Below are positions 1 to 11,675 of a DNA stretch of 64,000 nucleotides, one piece after another. The notes below the pieces were generated by a model. That model was given only the letters and a program-made list of their open reading frames with translations, was not told the origin of the DNA and did no database searches. The stretch lies in NCBI RefSeq assembly GCF_018977255.1, contig NW_024704742.1, positions 23,252,001 to 23,316,000 of the forward strand, given 5' to 3'. Within the stretch, counting starts at the first letter, position 1. Every line of letters begins with the position of its first letter. Source of the DNA: Callorhinchus milii (lineage: Eukaryota). The translations under genes and the position numbers were made by a program.

Positions 1-1793
1 GTGGAATGGCCAAGCAGGATGGTCTCAGTGAATCTCTAACCTACAGCAGTTCTTCCGAATCTGGCCTGACATCTGTTTTGTTTGTGTGCATTTCATGTCT
101 TTCGACAGTTTGAAGTGTAAAGAGGGAGAGGTTAAAGCTCGATTCCTCGTCCTGAGAAACTGGAAAAACCCTGAAGGACACCATGGTATAGAATGCAGTG
201 CTAAAACCGGGGAAGCTGGTCACTAACTCCCAGCCCATTCTAAATCTGCATGGCCCATTGCCTTGTGCCTCACAGCTCTTACCTACGCTTTGCCAGTTGG
301 CTGGACTTCACACGGCGTGGACCAGACTGATGCCCCTGTGTAACCGGAGAGTGCAGAGCTTTCTTATCCCTTGTCTAGATGCTGGATTAAACTCATTTTC
401 CCCCCACCCACCTTCCCCATCCCTCCCAACCTGCTCAAGATTCAAAGCACCACAAAAACCCTGGACTTCTGGACATTTGAAAGTCTACCGCTCGATAGAT
501 CTCAGGTGGACTTTCAATCGGAAAGGCCAAAGTTGTGGAAACAGATTCCATGTCTGAACAAGGGCAAAACGTGGTTTAGGACAAGTCGTAGGAGAAATGT
601 AACATTTCACAAATTAATGGAAGAAAATCCAGACCTTCCCAATAGGAATCCAGCCTGAAATAGTGTGGAATAGGTAGAATGGTCCTGAAGTTCCATCTAG
701 TGGTAGAAATCAGGAATTACAGCTGTCAAAACTTAGAAGCTTTTGTTTGCTTTCCTTCAGGCTGTGCCTCCTTTTTTTTTAAAAAAAGTTTTATTTATAG
801 CTCTATTTATTGGCCTTGCATCATGTATTTTCTTCATGTAAGCGCTTGGTTCTCTACGATGTGAGCATGTGCGCACAGTGATGAATTTATTATGGACTGT
901 GAATTTTTTTTGTAATTATGGTGATGTCTGTATTGAGCTTATCGAAAGCTAACCGAATGTACTCAGCCCTGGTTAAAGGGCAGTTCTAGAGAACCAAGCA
1001 TTTTTCATGTTACAAGGAGGTGTTCTTTAGTGGAGTCCATTAATACTGTTCGGCAACATAGGTTGGAAAACACAAAAGATGAGAAATTCCACCTGGGTCT
1101 AGGTTTACTCTTATTTCATTAGCATTTCATTGTGGGGAATTTAGCAAATTCTTAAATACAGCTTTTAATTTTAAGACATTTTTTCTGTAAGTTATTTTAA
1201 GAACTATAGAGGGATATCTTCAAAGTTGAGACTGAGTTCAACAATTCTCCGAATTCTGGACACTCCAAAATGTTAAGAGTATAGAGTCAATCTTGTTCCT
1301 GGTGGAATTTCTGGTAGTCTAATAACAGGCAGAGATGACATATTCCGGGGAGGATAGTGTTGGGTAAAGAGAACTTCCTTCACTTTCTCGTTAAATGTTT
1401 TAAGTACAGTTGTCTGCTTTCAAAATGAAAAGGGACAAATATTCTTAATTTTGTGCAAAAAATCAGCGTAAAAACTACAGTAACTACATAAAAGAGGAGA
1501 GTGACAGAATTCAGATGAGCTCCGCTCCAGGTCCACTGTCTTTGCTGGATAGTGTTGAGTTTTGATGCATTCAGTGAAATGTCTGGATAGGAATGTGTAA
1601 GACACGCAGACAGTAATGTTAAACCGTTCACAGTGCTACCTGTAAACTGATTGAAGAGTTGCCCGCAGTCACGGTGGTAGTATTTTTTAATATAAATCTG
1701 TATAAACATGTATTAGAAGTATGACTAGTCTCTATCCCTGTGCTTCTTCCCTCCCGTCTCTGGCCTGCATCTGCATTGCTTCTCTCTGAGTAG

Positions 1794-1806
1794 ATCCAAG
1801 GCAATG
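1794..1806 (+). CDS. DCLK2: Candidate 13-nt frame-shifting microexon of DCLK2 (IQGN + G)
   Basis: Long pyrimidine tract with TGC motifs (1730-1787), then gagtag|ATCCAAGGCAATG|gtatgt. Joined to the 3675 acceptor it reads IQGNVHGSR*, resembling a VQGHEHGSR-type DCLK2 isoform end I recall from mammals (unverified). Confidence 0.7.
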
Positions 1807-2601
1807 GTATGTACTAACTGCATTGGCGCTGCTTTGATCTGCTGCACGCATAAGGACTCTGCTGCTTCCTTTTTAAAACAATTTTCAACGTGGGAAAAGG
1901 AGAACTGATTTGTTCAAGACTGACTGAGTTCTCCTGCATGCTTTCCAACCCGATTAGTTCCGTGTTCACCCTGAATATTTTTAACCCAAAGTAGTCGAAG
2001 TGTGTTCTACATTTCCTTATACTTGGAGATGTGCATTCAAAGAATATTGTGCAAGGAGGTGTGCATTACTAGGCGCTGGGTGGTGTGGTATGAATATCCA
2101 TATTAAGACGGCCTTTGACTTGAAGTTTAGTCTTTTGGCTCCATTGTGCTCAATGATCATGTTCTCCATCGTATCAAGTACGATTGAAACGCACAAAGCG
2201 TAGCCCACAATGGACACTGTCTTCATCAAAAGTGTTTGGCAAACCTTGTTTATGGGCACAGGATACAATGAGATACAATGCATCTAAATAATTCCTTGCA
2301 CCATTGTCATGTGACATTAAATCACTCACTCTGCTTTTGGCTGTTCCCCCCCCCCCCTCCCCCCACCCCCGCTCCATCTCTCACATTAAACAAGATTTAT
2401 TGAGTGCTCTTTCACAGAAGCAGGGCCCCTTTAAGGTAGCAAAGACAGGCCTTGTTGAAATACAGAGGTCCTACACTGTTGGTGTCATTGTACATGAGCA
2501 TTGGGTTCTTACAGTGAGCGTTTGGAGCTGGAATGGTTTCCAGGTTCAGTGTGGTGTTATGCACCAGAGGTTCATTCTCTGTTGCCTTAAGTGATCGGAT
2601 T

Positions 2602-2760
2602 TAATAATAATAATAATAATCTTGCATTTGATATAGCACCATAGCGTGTCTTCGAGACGCCTCAAAGCGCTTCACAGAATGCATTCTAAAGTGGATTGAC
2701 TGTATGTTTTGTGGGTGAAACGCGGCAGACAATTGCACACAGCAGTGTCCCATAAACAAT
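2602..2760 (-). mobile_element. 3' fragment of the tRNA-derived SINE with (TTA)n tail
   Basis: Reverse complement matches the 3' half of the full copy at 29373-29687. Confidence 0.85.
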
Positions 2761-3278
2761 CGCGGATTAAGGTAGCAACTTGAGTACTTCAAACTGTGCT
2801 GAGAAGTAAAGAAAGCACAAGGTCTTATTATTATTATTATTGTTATTATTATTATTAAGGTTCCTCTTAAATCTGCTTAATTTAAAATGAAAACCTCATT
2901 GGAGAGTTGCGCTGAATTGCTTCAAATGTGTAACTTCCACACCTGAAGGTGAGTCATATAAGTTTATTTTGTATCAAAGCAGGAAGTGCCTGATTGTACG
3001 CGTTTCCCTTTCACACATGGGCCCATTACACCTTATATCATGCCCACTGTTCTCGGTGATCAGACAGATTCCATCTCTTAAACCTGGTACCAAACAGGAG
3101 CCCTGGCTGCAGGCTCTGCCCAGAGCTAGATTTGTCGTGCTCTGCTCTCATTGCCCGCTTACCCATGTACATGAACAGTCCCAACAATGTGCACCTCTCA
3201 GCTAATCTCAGGATAAGAACATAATCCAACCCAGTTTATCTCAAATCATTATCAGTGCTGCTCAGGATATTCTCTCTT

Positions 3279-3284
3279 GGGGGG

Positions 3285-3322
<38 letters not shown>

Positions 3323-3335
3323 GGGGAGGTGGGGG
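3279..3335 (+). repeat. Poly-G tract (36 uninterrupted G at 3286-3321)
   Basis: Directly visible. Confidence 0.95.
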
Positions 3336-3624
3336 CACGCTCCAGTTTCAGTTTGGGACAATAAACACATCTCTAAATGCATGAACTATTCGCTTAGTTT
3401 TCAATCAAACAGAATTGGGTCAAAGGTTGGCTCATCAAACCCTCCAGTGCATGTTGACAGGACCCTATTCACTGCAGTTCTTTTGACAAGACACTTTGGG
3501 TGGGAGTTTTTCACGGACTCTCAGGAAGATGTCTCTATCATGTTCCTCAGTCCCTCAGTTCGCATGCTGACTCACTAACCCCTCTCTCCCTCCCTCCCCC
3601 CTCCCTCATGTCGATGCTCCACAG

Positions 3625-3801
3625 TTTGGCTGCGGATGGCCTCGCTCTTACTCTTCTCTCTTTTTATTTTCCAGTCCACGGCTCTCGATAAAGAAAGTCA
3701 GATATTCAGTGCTAAACGCCAGCGCCATGTTGGAGGAGTTGGTACGGAGCAAACGTCTCAACTCTCTTCGACCGAAGATCCTTCCATGTCTGTGCCCATG
3801 A
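3625..3801 (+). CDS. DCLK2: Candidate alternative-acceptor form of the DCLK2 last exon (58-aa alternative-frame C-terminus)
   Basis: Branch point CACTAAC at 3573-3579, C/T tract, then cacag| ending at 3624. Frame FGCGW...SPRLSIKKVRYSVLNASAM...CLCP is open to TGA at 3799-3801. Confidence 0.5.
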   Translation, partial: FGCGWPRSYSSLFLFSSPRLSIKKVRYSVLNASAMLEELVRSKRLNSLRPKILPCLCP

Positions 3802-3899
3802 CCTTTCCCCCTAACTCATCCGAGCCAGTTGAGCCCCCTGCTCTCCCCACACCTTGTGTGGCTGAGACCACTGCACCTCGAGGGACCATGTTTTCTTGA
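3675..3899 (+). CDS. DCLK2: Terminal coding exon of doublecortin-like kinase 2
   Basis: Acceptor ttttatttttccag| then STALDKESQIFS..., matching the DCLK1/2 C-terminal tail motif (TALDKExQ(I/V)F) followed by a Pro/Ser-rich tail. It lies tail-to-tail with LRBA, as DCLK2 does in mammals. Confidence 0.85.
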   Translation, partial: STALDKESQIFSAKRQRHVGGVGTEQTSQLSSTEDPSMSVPMTFPPNSSEPVEPPALPTPCVAETTAPRGTMFS

Positions 3900-3995
3900 A
3901 GCACACTGTTAGGAACCCCTACATTAGCTATCGACTGCTATTTAAAAATGCACACATACACACCACCATCCCACCAACCTTTCCCAGCGCTGAAT

Positions 3996-5259
3996 TAGAG
4001 AGCAGTCGCTTCCCAGCTTCGCTCTTTCCTCCCACTCCCTCCAATCGGGTTTCCGTGCTTCCCGCAGCACAGAAACTGCTCTGGTCAAGGTCACATATGA
4101 CATCCTGACCATGTGTGACCAGGGCTCCCTCTGCCTCCTTGTCCTCCTCGACCTCTCCGCCGCCTTTGTGGACCACTGAATCCTCCTCCACCTCCTCTCC
4201 TCCCACTTCAACCTTCAGAGTTCTGTCCTTGACTGGTTCAGGTCCGACCTTTCACACCGCCTCCACTTTGTCTCTGCAATGGCTTCTCCTCCAGCCACCA
4301 CACCATCTCTTTCGGTGTTCCTCAGGGCTCTGTCCTCGGTCCCCTCCTCTTCACCCTCTACATGCTCCCCCTTGGTGACATCATCCGCAGACATGGGGTA
4401 AATTTCCACATGTATGTGGATGACACCCAACTCTATCTCTCTGCATCCACCCTGAACTCCAGGACGACTGGCGTCCTGACCGACTGCCTGTCCGACATCA
4501 AGTCCTGGACTAGGGACAACTTTCTCCAACTGAACGTCAGCAAGACCGAGGCCCTCCTGATTGGCTCGCGCCAGTGCCTCCGCACCTCGGGCACTGGCAG
4601 CATCAGCCTCCACGGCTGCAAACTCAACCTCACTGAGCCAGTCAGGAACCTGGGTGTCTTGTCTGACCCTGAACTGTCCTTTCTCCCCCACATCCGCGCC
4701 ATGACCGGCACTGCCTACCACCACCTCTGCAACATTGCCAGACTCCACCATTGCCTCACCCCTCAGGCTGCCGAAACCCTCACCCACGCATTCGTTACAT
4801 CAAGGCTCGATTGTGGAAACGCCCTCCTGATCGGCCTTCCCAACTCTTCCCTTCACAAGCTGCAGGTCATCCAAAACTCTGCAGCTCGTGTACTCTCACG
4901 CACCAGGCTCTGTGACCCCATCACTCCCACCCTCGCCCAACACCACTGGCTCCCCATCCCCCAGAGGATCGGGTTCAAGATCCTTATCCTGACTTTCAGC
5001 CTCTCTGCCCCCATACTCTAGAACTCCATCCCACAGTCCCTTCGTCTTGCTTCCTCCCTTGCCTGCTTCAAGGCCGGTCTCAAGACCCTCCTCTTCGATC
5101 GTGCCTTCAGTCGCCCTCCCACCTCTCTGCCTTCCCTCACCCCTACCCCACCCCTCCCCCATGCTCGGGTCCTGACTGACTGTCTGACTGTCCAGCGCCT
5201 TGGGACGTCCTCCCGACTTGAGGGGCACTCTATAAATATAATTTTGTTGTTGTTGTTGT
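3996..5259 (+). mobile_element. 5'-truncated L2-clade LINE (RT region to 3' tail), frameshifted, with an internal deletion
   Basis: Motifs [35 protein letters not shown] and HWLPI; ends in (TTG)n. Start is approximate. Confidence 0.92.
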
Positions 5260-6084
5260 AGATTAAAACCAATTCACTCGTGAATTGTGCATTACTTTAG
5301 GGTCAAACGGTTGTGGGCACCTTTCAGAGAATAATCCCTCCCAGTTACGGTTAGAGTGAGAGAAATACAGAATCTGAGCAAACCGGTCTTGTCCTGTGTG
5401 TCTGACTCATCACAATTTTTCTTTCTCTACAACCATCACTCTCCTATTTTCTATGTTATTTTTCTTTCTGTCATTCCTGCATTGTTTTGCTCCTGTTGCA
5501 CCTATTTTGTAACTGTTCGTCCCCACCACTCTGCAGCGCTCGAGCAAGGCTTTATTCCGTGTGAAGGGCGCTACACGAATGCAAGTTGTCGCTGTTGTTG
5601 TTCCTGGCTTTCAAACGTCTCCATTTTGAAGGGCATAAACAGTGTTTTGTGCGTTTTTTTCATCGGGTTGATTGCAGCTGATGAAAAGTTAAAAAGGTTT
5701 TTGGGCTGCATCATTTATTTTTTGGTTAGCCGGGTGTCTGACACGTGCGGAAACCCATCAAGTCACCACGCTTAAGAGTATCCAAACCTATGCATGTTTG
5801 TTTCCTGTGTATTGCCAATTCTCGCCTCTCCTCTCTCCACCTCCACCCCCAACCTCCCACCTCCCCACCCCCCTCCTCCCCATGGCAAACAATACACATG
5901 GAGATCCCTGACATATCCCTCAGGACTTGATGGCAGGAACCAAAGTCTTAGACATTGGCAGAGTTAGCTCCAATCAGAACCACAGCTCTTTATTAGAGTT
6001 CATTTCAGTGTTAATGACCATTGATCCTCAAACCAAATTTCATACAGAGATTCTGGGCTTTGCAATAATCAAGTTCAAAATAAT

Positions 6085-6330
6085 GGCTCTTCCCAATGGT
6101 TCAGTTGGTAAAGGCACTACACTGTGTGTCACCTTAACACAGACTCGGAAACCTGTAGAAACTGCATCCCAGGTCAGCAACGAGTTAGTTGGTGTGTCAG
6201 TCAGTGTGGTTGTGTGTGTGTATGGCCTCAGCTTCTGGGTTAGGGAGCCAAACTTACTGCTCCTGATTGATATCAGCAATGCCTGCTGGAAAAGGTATGT
6301 GGAGCCAGGAGCAGACTCACCTCTGATTCC
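6085..6330 (+). mobile_element. Degenerate ancient SINE-like repeat
   Basis: tRNA-like head (tggttcagttggtaaaggcac) and loose similarity to minus-strand pieces near 43760-43990 and 61385-61620. Borders are approximate. Confidence 0.4.
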
Positions 6331-8090
6331 CTCCCTCCACCCCCCCCACCCCCCCACATACACACACACATGCACAAAGTCACCCAGTCTGTCCACACTC
6401 AACCTGCAGTCTCGCACCTATAGAATAGCTTCTTGAGGCGAGGTACTGACAAATCTGTTGGGGCTCTTGAAACCTCTTCCCAACAAGAGGCCGGGTTTTC
6501 AGAGACATGGGGAAAATACAATCAACATGTGGAAAATATGTATTTACATTTTAGTAAGTGTCTTGCAAAGATTAATTGTGGCCATATATTTTGATATATA
6601 CAACTTCAGCCAAGGTTGGGATCAAATTAAGAGAGAACATATTTGAAAAGATCAGTATTTAACAATTCACATTTTATTTCTGACTTATTCGTGCTTGAAA
6701 ACGTTTCTGCTTCACAGAAACTGTTCCCTTTTCTAACCAAAGCTGAGACAGCAAAAAAAAGTGTTTAAATCATATTAAAAAACAGTACATTTTAACCTTC
6801 TCATCCAAGTGCACTTCCCATTCAGGCAACAGAAGCACTGGTTTGCATACTGGTGGGTTGACTTCATGAAGTAATTATTGTTCGAAGGTTTTGTATGAAA
6901 TGCGCACTCCTTGCACAATGTCACCGTTCACTTTCACTGGTGTGTGAGGGACGGTGCTAACCGAGTCTCCTGTAAATTAAATGAACAAGTGGCAAAAGAA
7001 GCAGCTATGCCATGCAGCTGATAGTTAGAAGGCGGGCTCCAGGCGAAACAGAATAGGAAACCCAATAGGAAATGGCTGTGAATTCCCATTGAGATCAATG
7101 GAGATTCCTGAACCGGAAAAGGTTATGTTTGATTCCATCAGGACTTCAGAATAATGTTCTGTTCCGGCTAGCTGTGTGCTTTCTAGAAAAAAACAAGCTC
7201 TCTGCTCATGTGAAACATGGGTGCATTTTGATCACCAACAATACTGACTCCAAAATTAGGGAAAGGACACAAGGGATTATAACAATGCCTGGTCATTGAA
7301 CAAAGGCCGCAGTTAAATCAATACCAACATTTTCTAAATAATTGTCTTTCTGATCAAGTTTACAATGTGCGTATTCGGGAAATGGGGTTAGAATTTGTTG
7401 GAACTAATGTTCAACCTCAGCAAAGGTGATTAAAAGGAACTGGGGAGTTTTATTTATTGGGGATAATTTATAAAAGGTATTTATTATTTCTATAAAGGCT
7501 GAAAAGGATGCACCTGGTTTTCTAGAGGAACTGGTTCTTTCTGGTTATCTTATCGATCTGACTCTTTTTAAGCTTCTTCCTGTTGTGACAATACAGACCT
7601 TCAACCAAGCAGCAGTAAACCTAGTTTTGCTTTATACTTTTGAATAAACTACGCCGCATGTTATCAAAACCTAGGAAATGCTGCGACTTAACTCAATTGC
7701 TACTGAAGACACCATTTGGTGTTTTACATACGCTGGTGTCAGGATGTTGCTAATTGGAATTATTACAGCTTCTCGCCAATGGCACCATGTAGTAAATGAA
7801 TTAAGAAAAGGCTTTTCAGTGACTAATTTAGACCAAAGCAATCATATACATTAACATACAGCATATCGAAGTCTCAATACAATTATTCGGGCAAATATTT
7901 CTGTTAAGTTTTAGATAATTGTGACAACTGTCATTTGCAGCCTAGAAATCTACAAGGCATAAGAACTGGTTCCTTAAGCAGTGGCTGGAATAAGCTTCTT
8001 CATCTTTCTCCTCTTCAGTCTTTCAGTACTGTCTTTTGTTCCAATGCTAGTTTTGGATTTGTATTAGAAATGCAAACAGTGAAGTCATAA

Positions 8091-8096
8091 AATAAA
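8091..8096 (+). terminator. Candidate DCLK2 polyadenylation signal (another AATAAA at 7643-7648)
   Basis: AATAAA followed about 22 nt later by the GT/T-rich gtgtttcctttgtt. Confidence 0.45.
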
Positions 8097-8208
8097 ACTT
8101 TCTCCTGCTACCTGACCGTGTTTCCTTTGTTCACAGAGCTTTCTGCTAGTGTGGAAGTGATCTCCAGCACAGACTTTTTGTACAGCATCCATTTGCAGAT
8201 ATCACCAA

Positions 8209-8535
8209 TCATAATAATCCTTGCATTTGATATAACGCCTTAACACGTCTTGAGTCATAAGAACTGCTAGACGAAAAAAGACCAACATCCATCTAGTTGG
8301 CCTTCCTGGCGGTCACATGTGTCCCAAACTACTCATGTACCGTATCCAATATTGTTATTTCCTAAAAAACGATCTAATCTGTGTTTGAAAGAATCAGCAC
8401 TTCCTGCTTCAACCGTCTCCCTAGGGAGCCTGTTCACGGGTTTAGATTTGTTTACAATGTTAGAGACGTCTCAAAGCGCTTCATAGAATATACTGTAAAG
8501 TGAATTGACTATATTTTGTGGGCGAAATGCGCACA
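8209..8535 (-). mobile_element. SINE 3' fragment split by a CR1-type 3' fragment (about 8255-8435)
   Basis: SINE tail 8209-8252 resumes at about 8461 (gagacgtctcaaagcgcttc). The intervening piece has a related copy at about 8995-9100. Confidence 0.65.
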
Positions 8536-10099
8536 AAATGTACAACCAACACAAAAAATGGGTTGACGAGCCTCCTACTATGCCTACGGTTCTGTGTGGG
8601 TAACATTAATGGTATCAGTAGGTTGCAAATAGTATCTCAATAAACCAAAAATAACTCAATAGACAAACCATTGTTAGAAATCTCCACTCAAGAGGGAACT
8701 GCGTTCGATTTCCATCCCTTGTGCTTAGGTTACTTCCATGTTGAGGGAGAGGTAAGTCATTTATTCTCAGGGTCTTTGGTAGCTGCTTTTCTTTCCCCTG
8801 AAGTACGTTAAGCAAATTTATGTTGCACTCCTCCCCCTCCCTATTGAGTAACTGGGGGCTCCACAGGGCTGCAGCTATAGTTATAACAGATGATCTGAAT
8901 TAAAGTCTTACATTGTAACTTTAATAACCAGAAACTCGGAAGGATTTTAAAAAAATCTTATTGCTGCACTGCTTGTTTTGCCTCACATATTACCTGTGTA
9001 CTATATTCCATAATGTTATTTCCTAAAAGAAAACTATCTAATCTGTGTTTGAAGGAATCAACACTTCCTGCATCAACAGTCTACCAATGAAGCCTCTTCC
9101 ACTATTGTATCTGCTCTAACCCAGTATAACAGTAACTAACATATAGAAAGATCAATTATCCTCAATAGCCGTACAGAGAATGACCAAACATCAGCGATTG
9201 GATTCATTTACACTTGACCCACATTTCTCATTATCTCTGAAATGTATACCTATTTCAGCAAACAAATTTTACACATTGAAGATATGGTCCATATTTTGTA
9301 TTTGCTTTGGATACAGATCGGGTTATAGTTGATGAACAAGAGTTGTCATTATTTGAATGAGATTAAGATGCAGTGCCACAAGGCGCCTGATTACATCAGG
9401 GAACAAATGAGACAGGGAGATTCAACTATGAAAGACATCAGGAAGTTTCAGCAGAAAGGTGGAGTTAATCAGTGAGAATCAAAAACAGCATTTTAAGAAT
9501 AAGGCAGATTGCTGGTTCTCTTCGTGTGTGTGTGTGTGTGTGAATGTGTTGGGTGGGGAGGGGCTCACAACTCTTTCCATCCTTTATGGATTATGTTACA
9601 AGCAGCCGTGGAATCAGATGAACAATCCATAGTTGTTGAGCCAAGAGGCTGTGTGGATCTCATAAACTGAAGTCTCTCCTCCAGTGATGGGCTTCCAGTC
9701 TAACTAGTGGCAATGTGTGGAGAAAGTTACCAAGATATCTACACTAGCAGGTCAACGTTAAAAACAAGAATTCAGGGCAGTTGCTTTAAAGACGGCTTGA
9801 TCTTTGCTCTGTGATTGGCAAATCAGCACAACAGGGAGCCCCTACAGCCTGCTTCTGTTTAAGTATGCAGCTTAACAGTCAAGCCTGGTTTGTCCCGACT
9901 CAACACCCAGTCCATGGGGACCGATGAAGTGACTGCAGCTTTCCTCTGTCTACACCAATATCTCACTGACTCCAGTATTATTATGGAGCTTCAAGAGCCT
10001 TTCCCATATTACTGGTTTCACTTCAGATTTCTGTTAAGTCAGCCCTTTCTTTTATCTGCTGAGAGTTTGCCCAATAATGTTCCTCTGGGCAACATCTTA

Positions 10100-10415
10100 C
10101 AACAACAACTTGCGCTTATATAGCGCCCTCCACGCAGTGAAGCATCTCAGAGCGCTTAATAGTGACAGAGCCTGACTCCGAGCCATGGGGGTCCTGGAGG
10201 TGGCCGTAAGCATGGTTGAAGAGGAAGCTTTTCAAGCGGGACTTGAAAAAGGGGAGAGGGGCAAGGCGGAGGGATTGAGGGAGAGTGCTCCAGAGTTTCG
10301 GAGGTTAGTGGCTGAAAGCACAACCTCTGATGGTGGGTGGAGGGTGGTCAGGGATGAGCGGGAGGCCTGTGCCAGTCAAACGGAGGTGGTGGATTGGGGA
10401 GTGAAGACATCTTAG
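10100..10415 (-). mobile_element. L2 LINE 3'-end fragment
   Basis: (CAA)n tail followed by cttgcgcttatatagcgccc, with similarity to the 3' part of the L2 copies at 3996 and 22386. Confidence 0.7.
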
Positions 10416-11329
10416 GTGTTTGTCCAGAGTAAGCAGGAAATCCCATGATTGGTCTCACACGGTCATTGAGGAGTCAGAAAGGCCTGTTTCTCTCAAAGAC
10501 AAGATGTTTATTGGCAGGAAGCGAGGATGCAAGCGAGGTGTAACTGGAGCTTCAGTTAATAACACATCGGAGCCCATCTTGCAGTCTCCTATGTGTGATC
10601 TGGATACTCTTAAGCACAGTGATGGGTTTCCACATGTGCTGAATACTTGATTGCCCCAAAAACGTAACAATACTGATCAACTGCCAATGTCCTTATGAAA
10701 AATGTTCCCAATTTCCTTCCCTCCTCTTAGAGCAGGGAGAGGTTGCAATCGATGTTTCCTCCCAGTTCTGATGAAGCTTTTTATGCAAAGATCTCCCAGC
10801 AGATTGTCTGTGTCTGTTCAGTCTGAGATTGGCATTTAAAGAGGTAGAGAGAGGAAGGTAATACATTACTAAATTAGCAGTCACCATGCCTAGATTCCTG
10901 AGTCAATCAAATGCTTGCACATCGTTAAAAACAGATTAAAAGAGGAAAGTTAATGACCTCCAAATAAGGTGGGGGATTTCCTGTAGTTTTTTCACACAAT
11001 TTCTCTAGACTGCTGATTTATGCTCATCTGACCTGAGATGTTAAGGAAATTAGCATTCTTTTAAAAATAGAATTGAAGCAATCATCCAATGTTAGTATTG
11101 TATTTAAACTGTGTAAAGGAATTTTAGCAGCGGAAATTTTAAGCCTGTAATTGATGGGAAAATTCCAGCCGACTGCCTGCCAGTTTAGAAACTGGTTTTA
11201 CCTTTAATTTAAATCTGGCAAAATGATCTCTATGGATCAAAGATTCCTACTGTTTTGTTGCAAAAGGCAAAGGTCACAACATACATCTGACATAAAATAT
11301 TAATCCTTGTGTTTGATATTGTGCCGATA

Positions 11330-11675
11330 ATGTCAAAACATCTTAGTGCTTCACAGGTCATTGCTGTCAAGTATATATTTGTAGGGAAATTGTACGGCAG
11401 CAATTTTGAGCACTACAAAGAACCCACAAACAACCACAAGGTGAATGATCAATTTATCTGGAGAACTGTTGGTAAGGACACCAGAGAAACCAGCTTCTCT
11501 TTAATTCCCATCTGAACAGGCAGAAGGACCTCAGTTTGTCATCTCATCTGAAGGATGGCATCCCCGACAATGTAGGGCTCCACCCCACAACACTGTATTG
11601 GTGTGTCATGCAGGAATGTGTACTCAAGTATTAACGTGGGGCTTGAACCCACAACCTTTAGAGGCGAGAGTACCA
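11330..11675 (-). mobile_element. Old Deu-domain SINE (SacSINE1/AmnSINE-like)
   Basis: Reverse complement has a tRNA-like head (ggttgtgggttcaagcccca) and the Deu core ggatgccatccttcagatgagatgacaaactgaggtcc. Confidence 0.65.

Noticed and set aside
843..860. Possible 18-nt microexon (RLVLYD) between taag and gtgagc
   Set aside because: Weak acceptor and no recognisable homology; cannot be distinguished from chance.
2304..2594. ORF with ttccag|GTTCAG (VQCG) as a possible DCLK2 exon
   Set aside because: No pyrimidine tract; the 13-nt exon at 1794 explains the VQG-like isoform better.
2946..2954. Strong donor AAG|GTGAGT
   Set aside because: No convincing acceptor upstream and no matching peptide.
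4215..4787. 190-aa minus-strand ORF, also at 22412-22948
   Set aside because: Antisense shadow of the L2 reverse transcriptase frame.
5927..6436. 169-aa ORF
   Set aside because: Overlaps a degenerate SINE and simple repeats; no protein-like features.
7773..7790. Plus-strand RQWHHV resembling the LRBA RWHHE end
   Set aside because: Wrong strand and too short; the real last exon is at 15029-15119.
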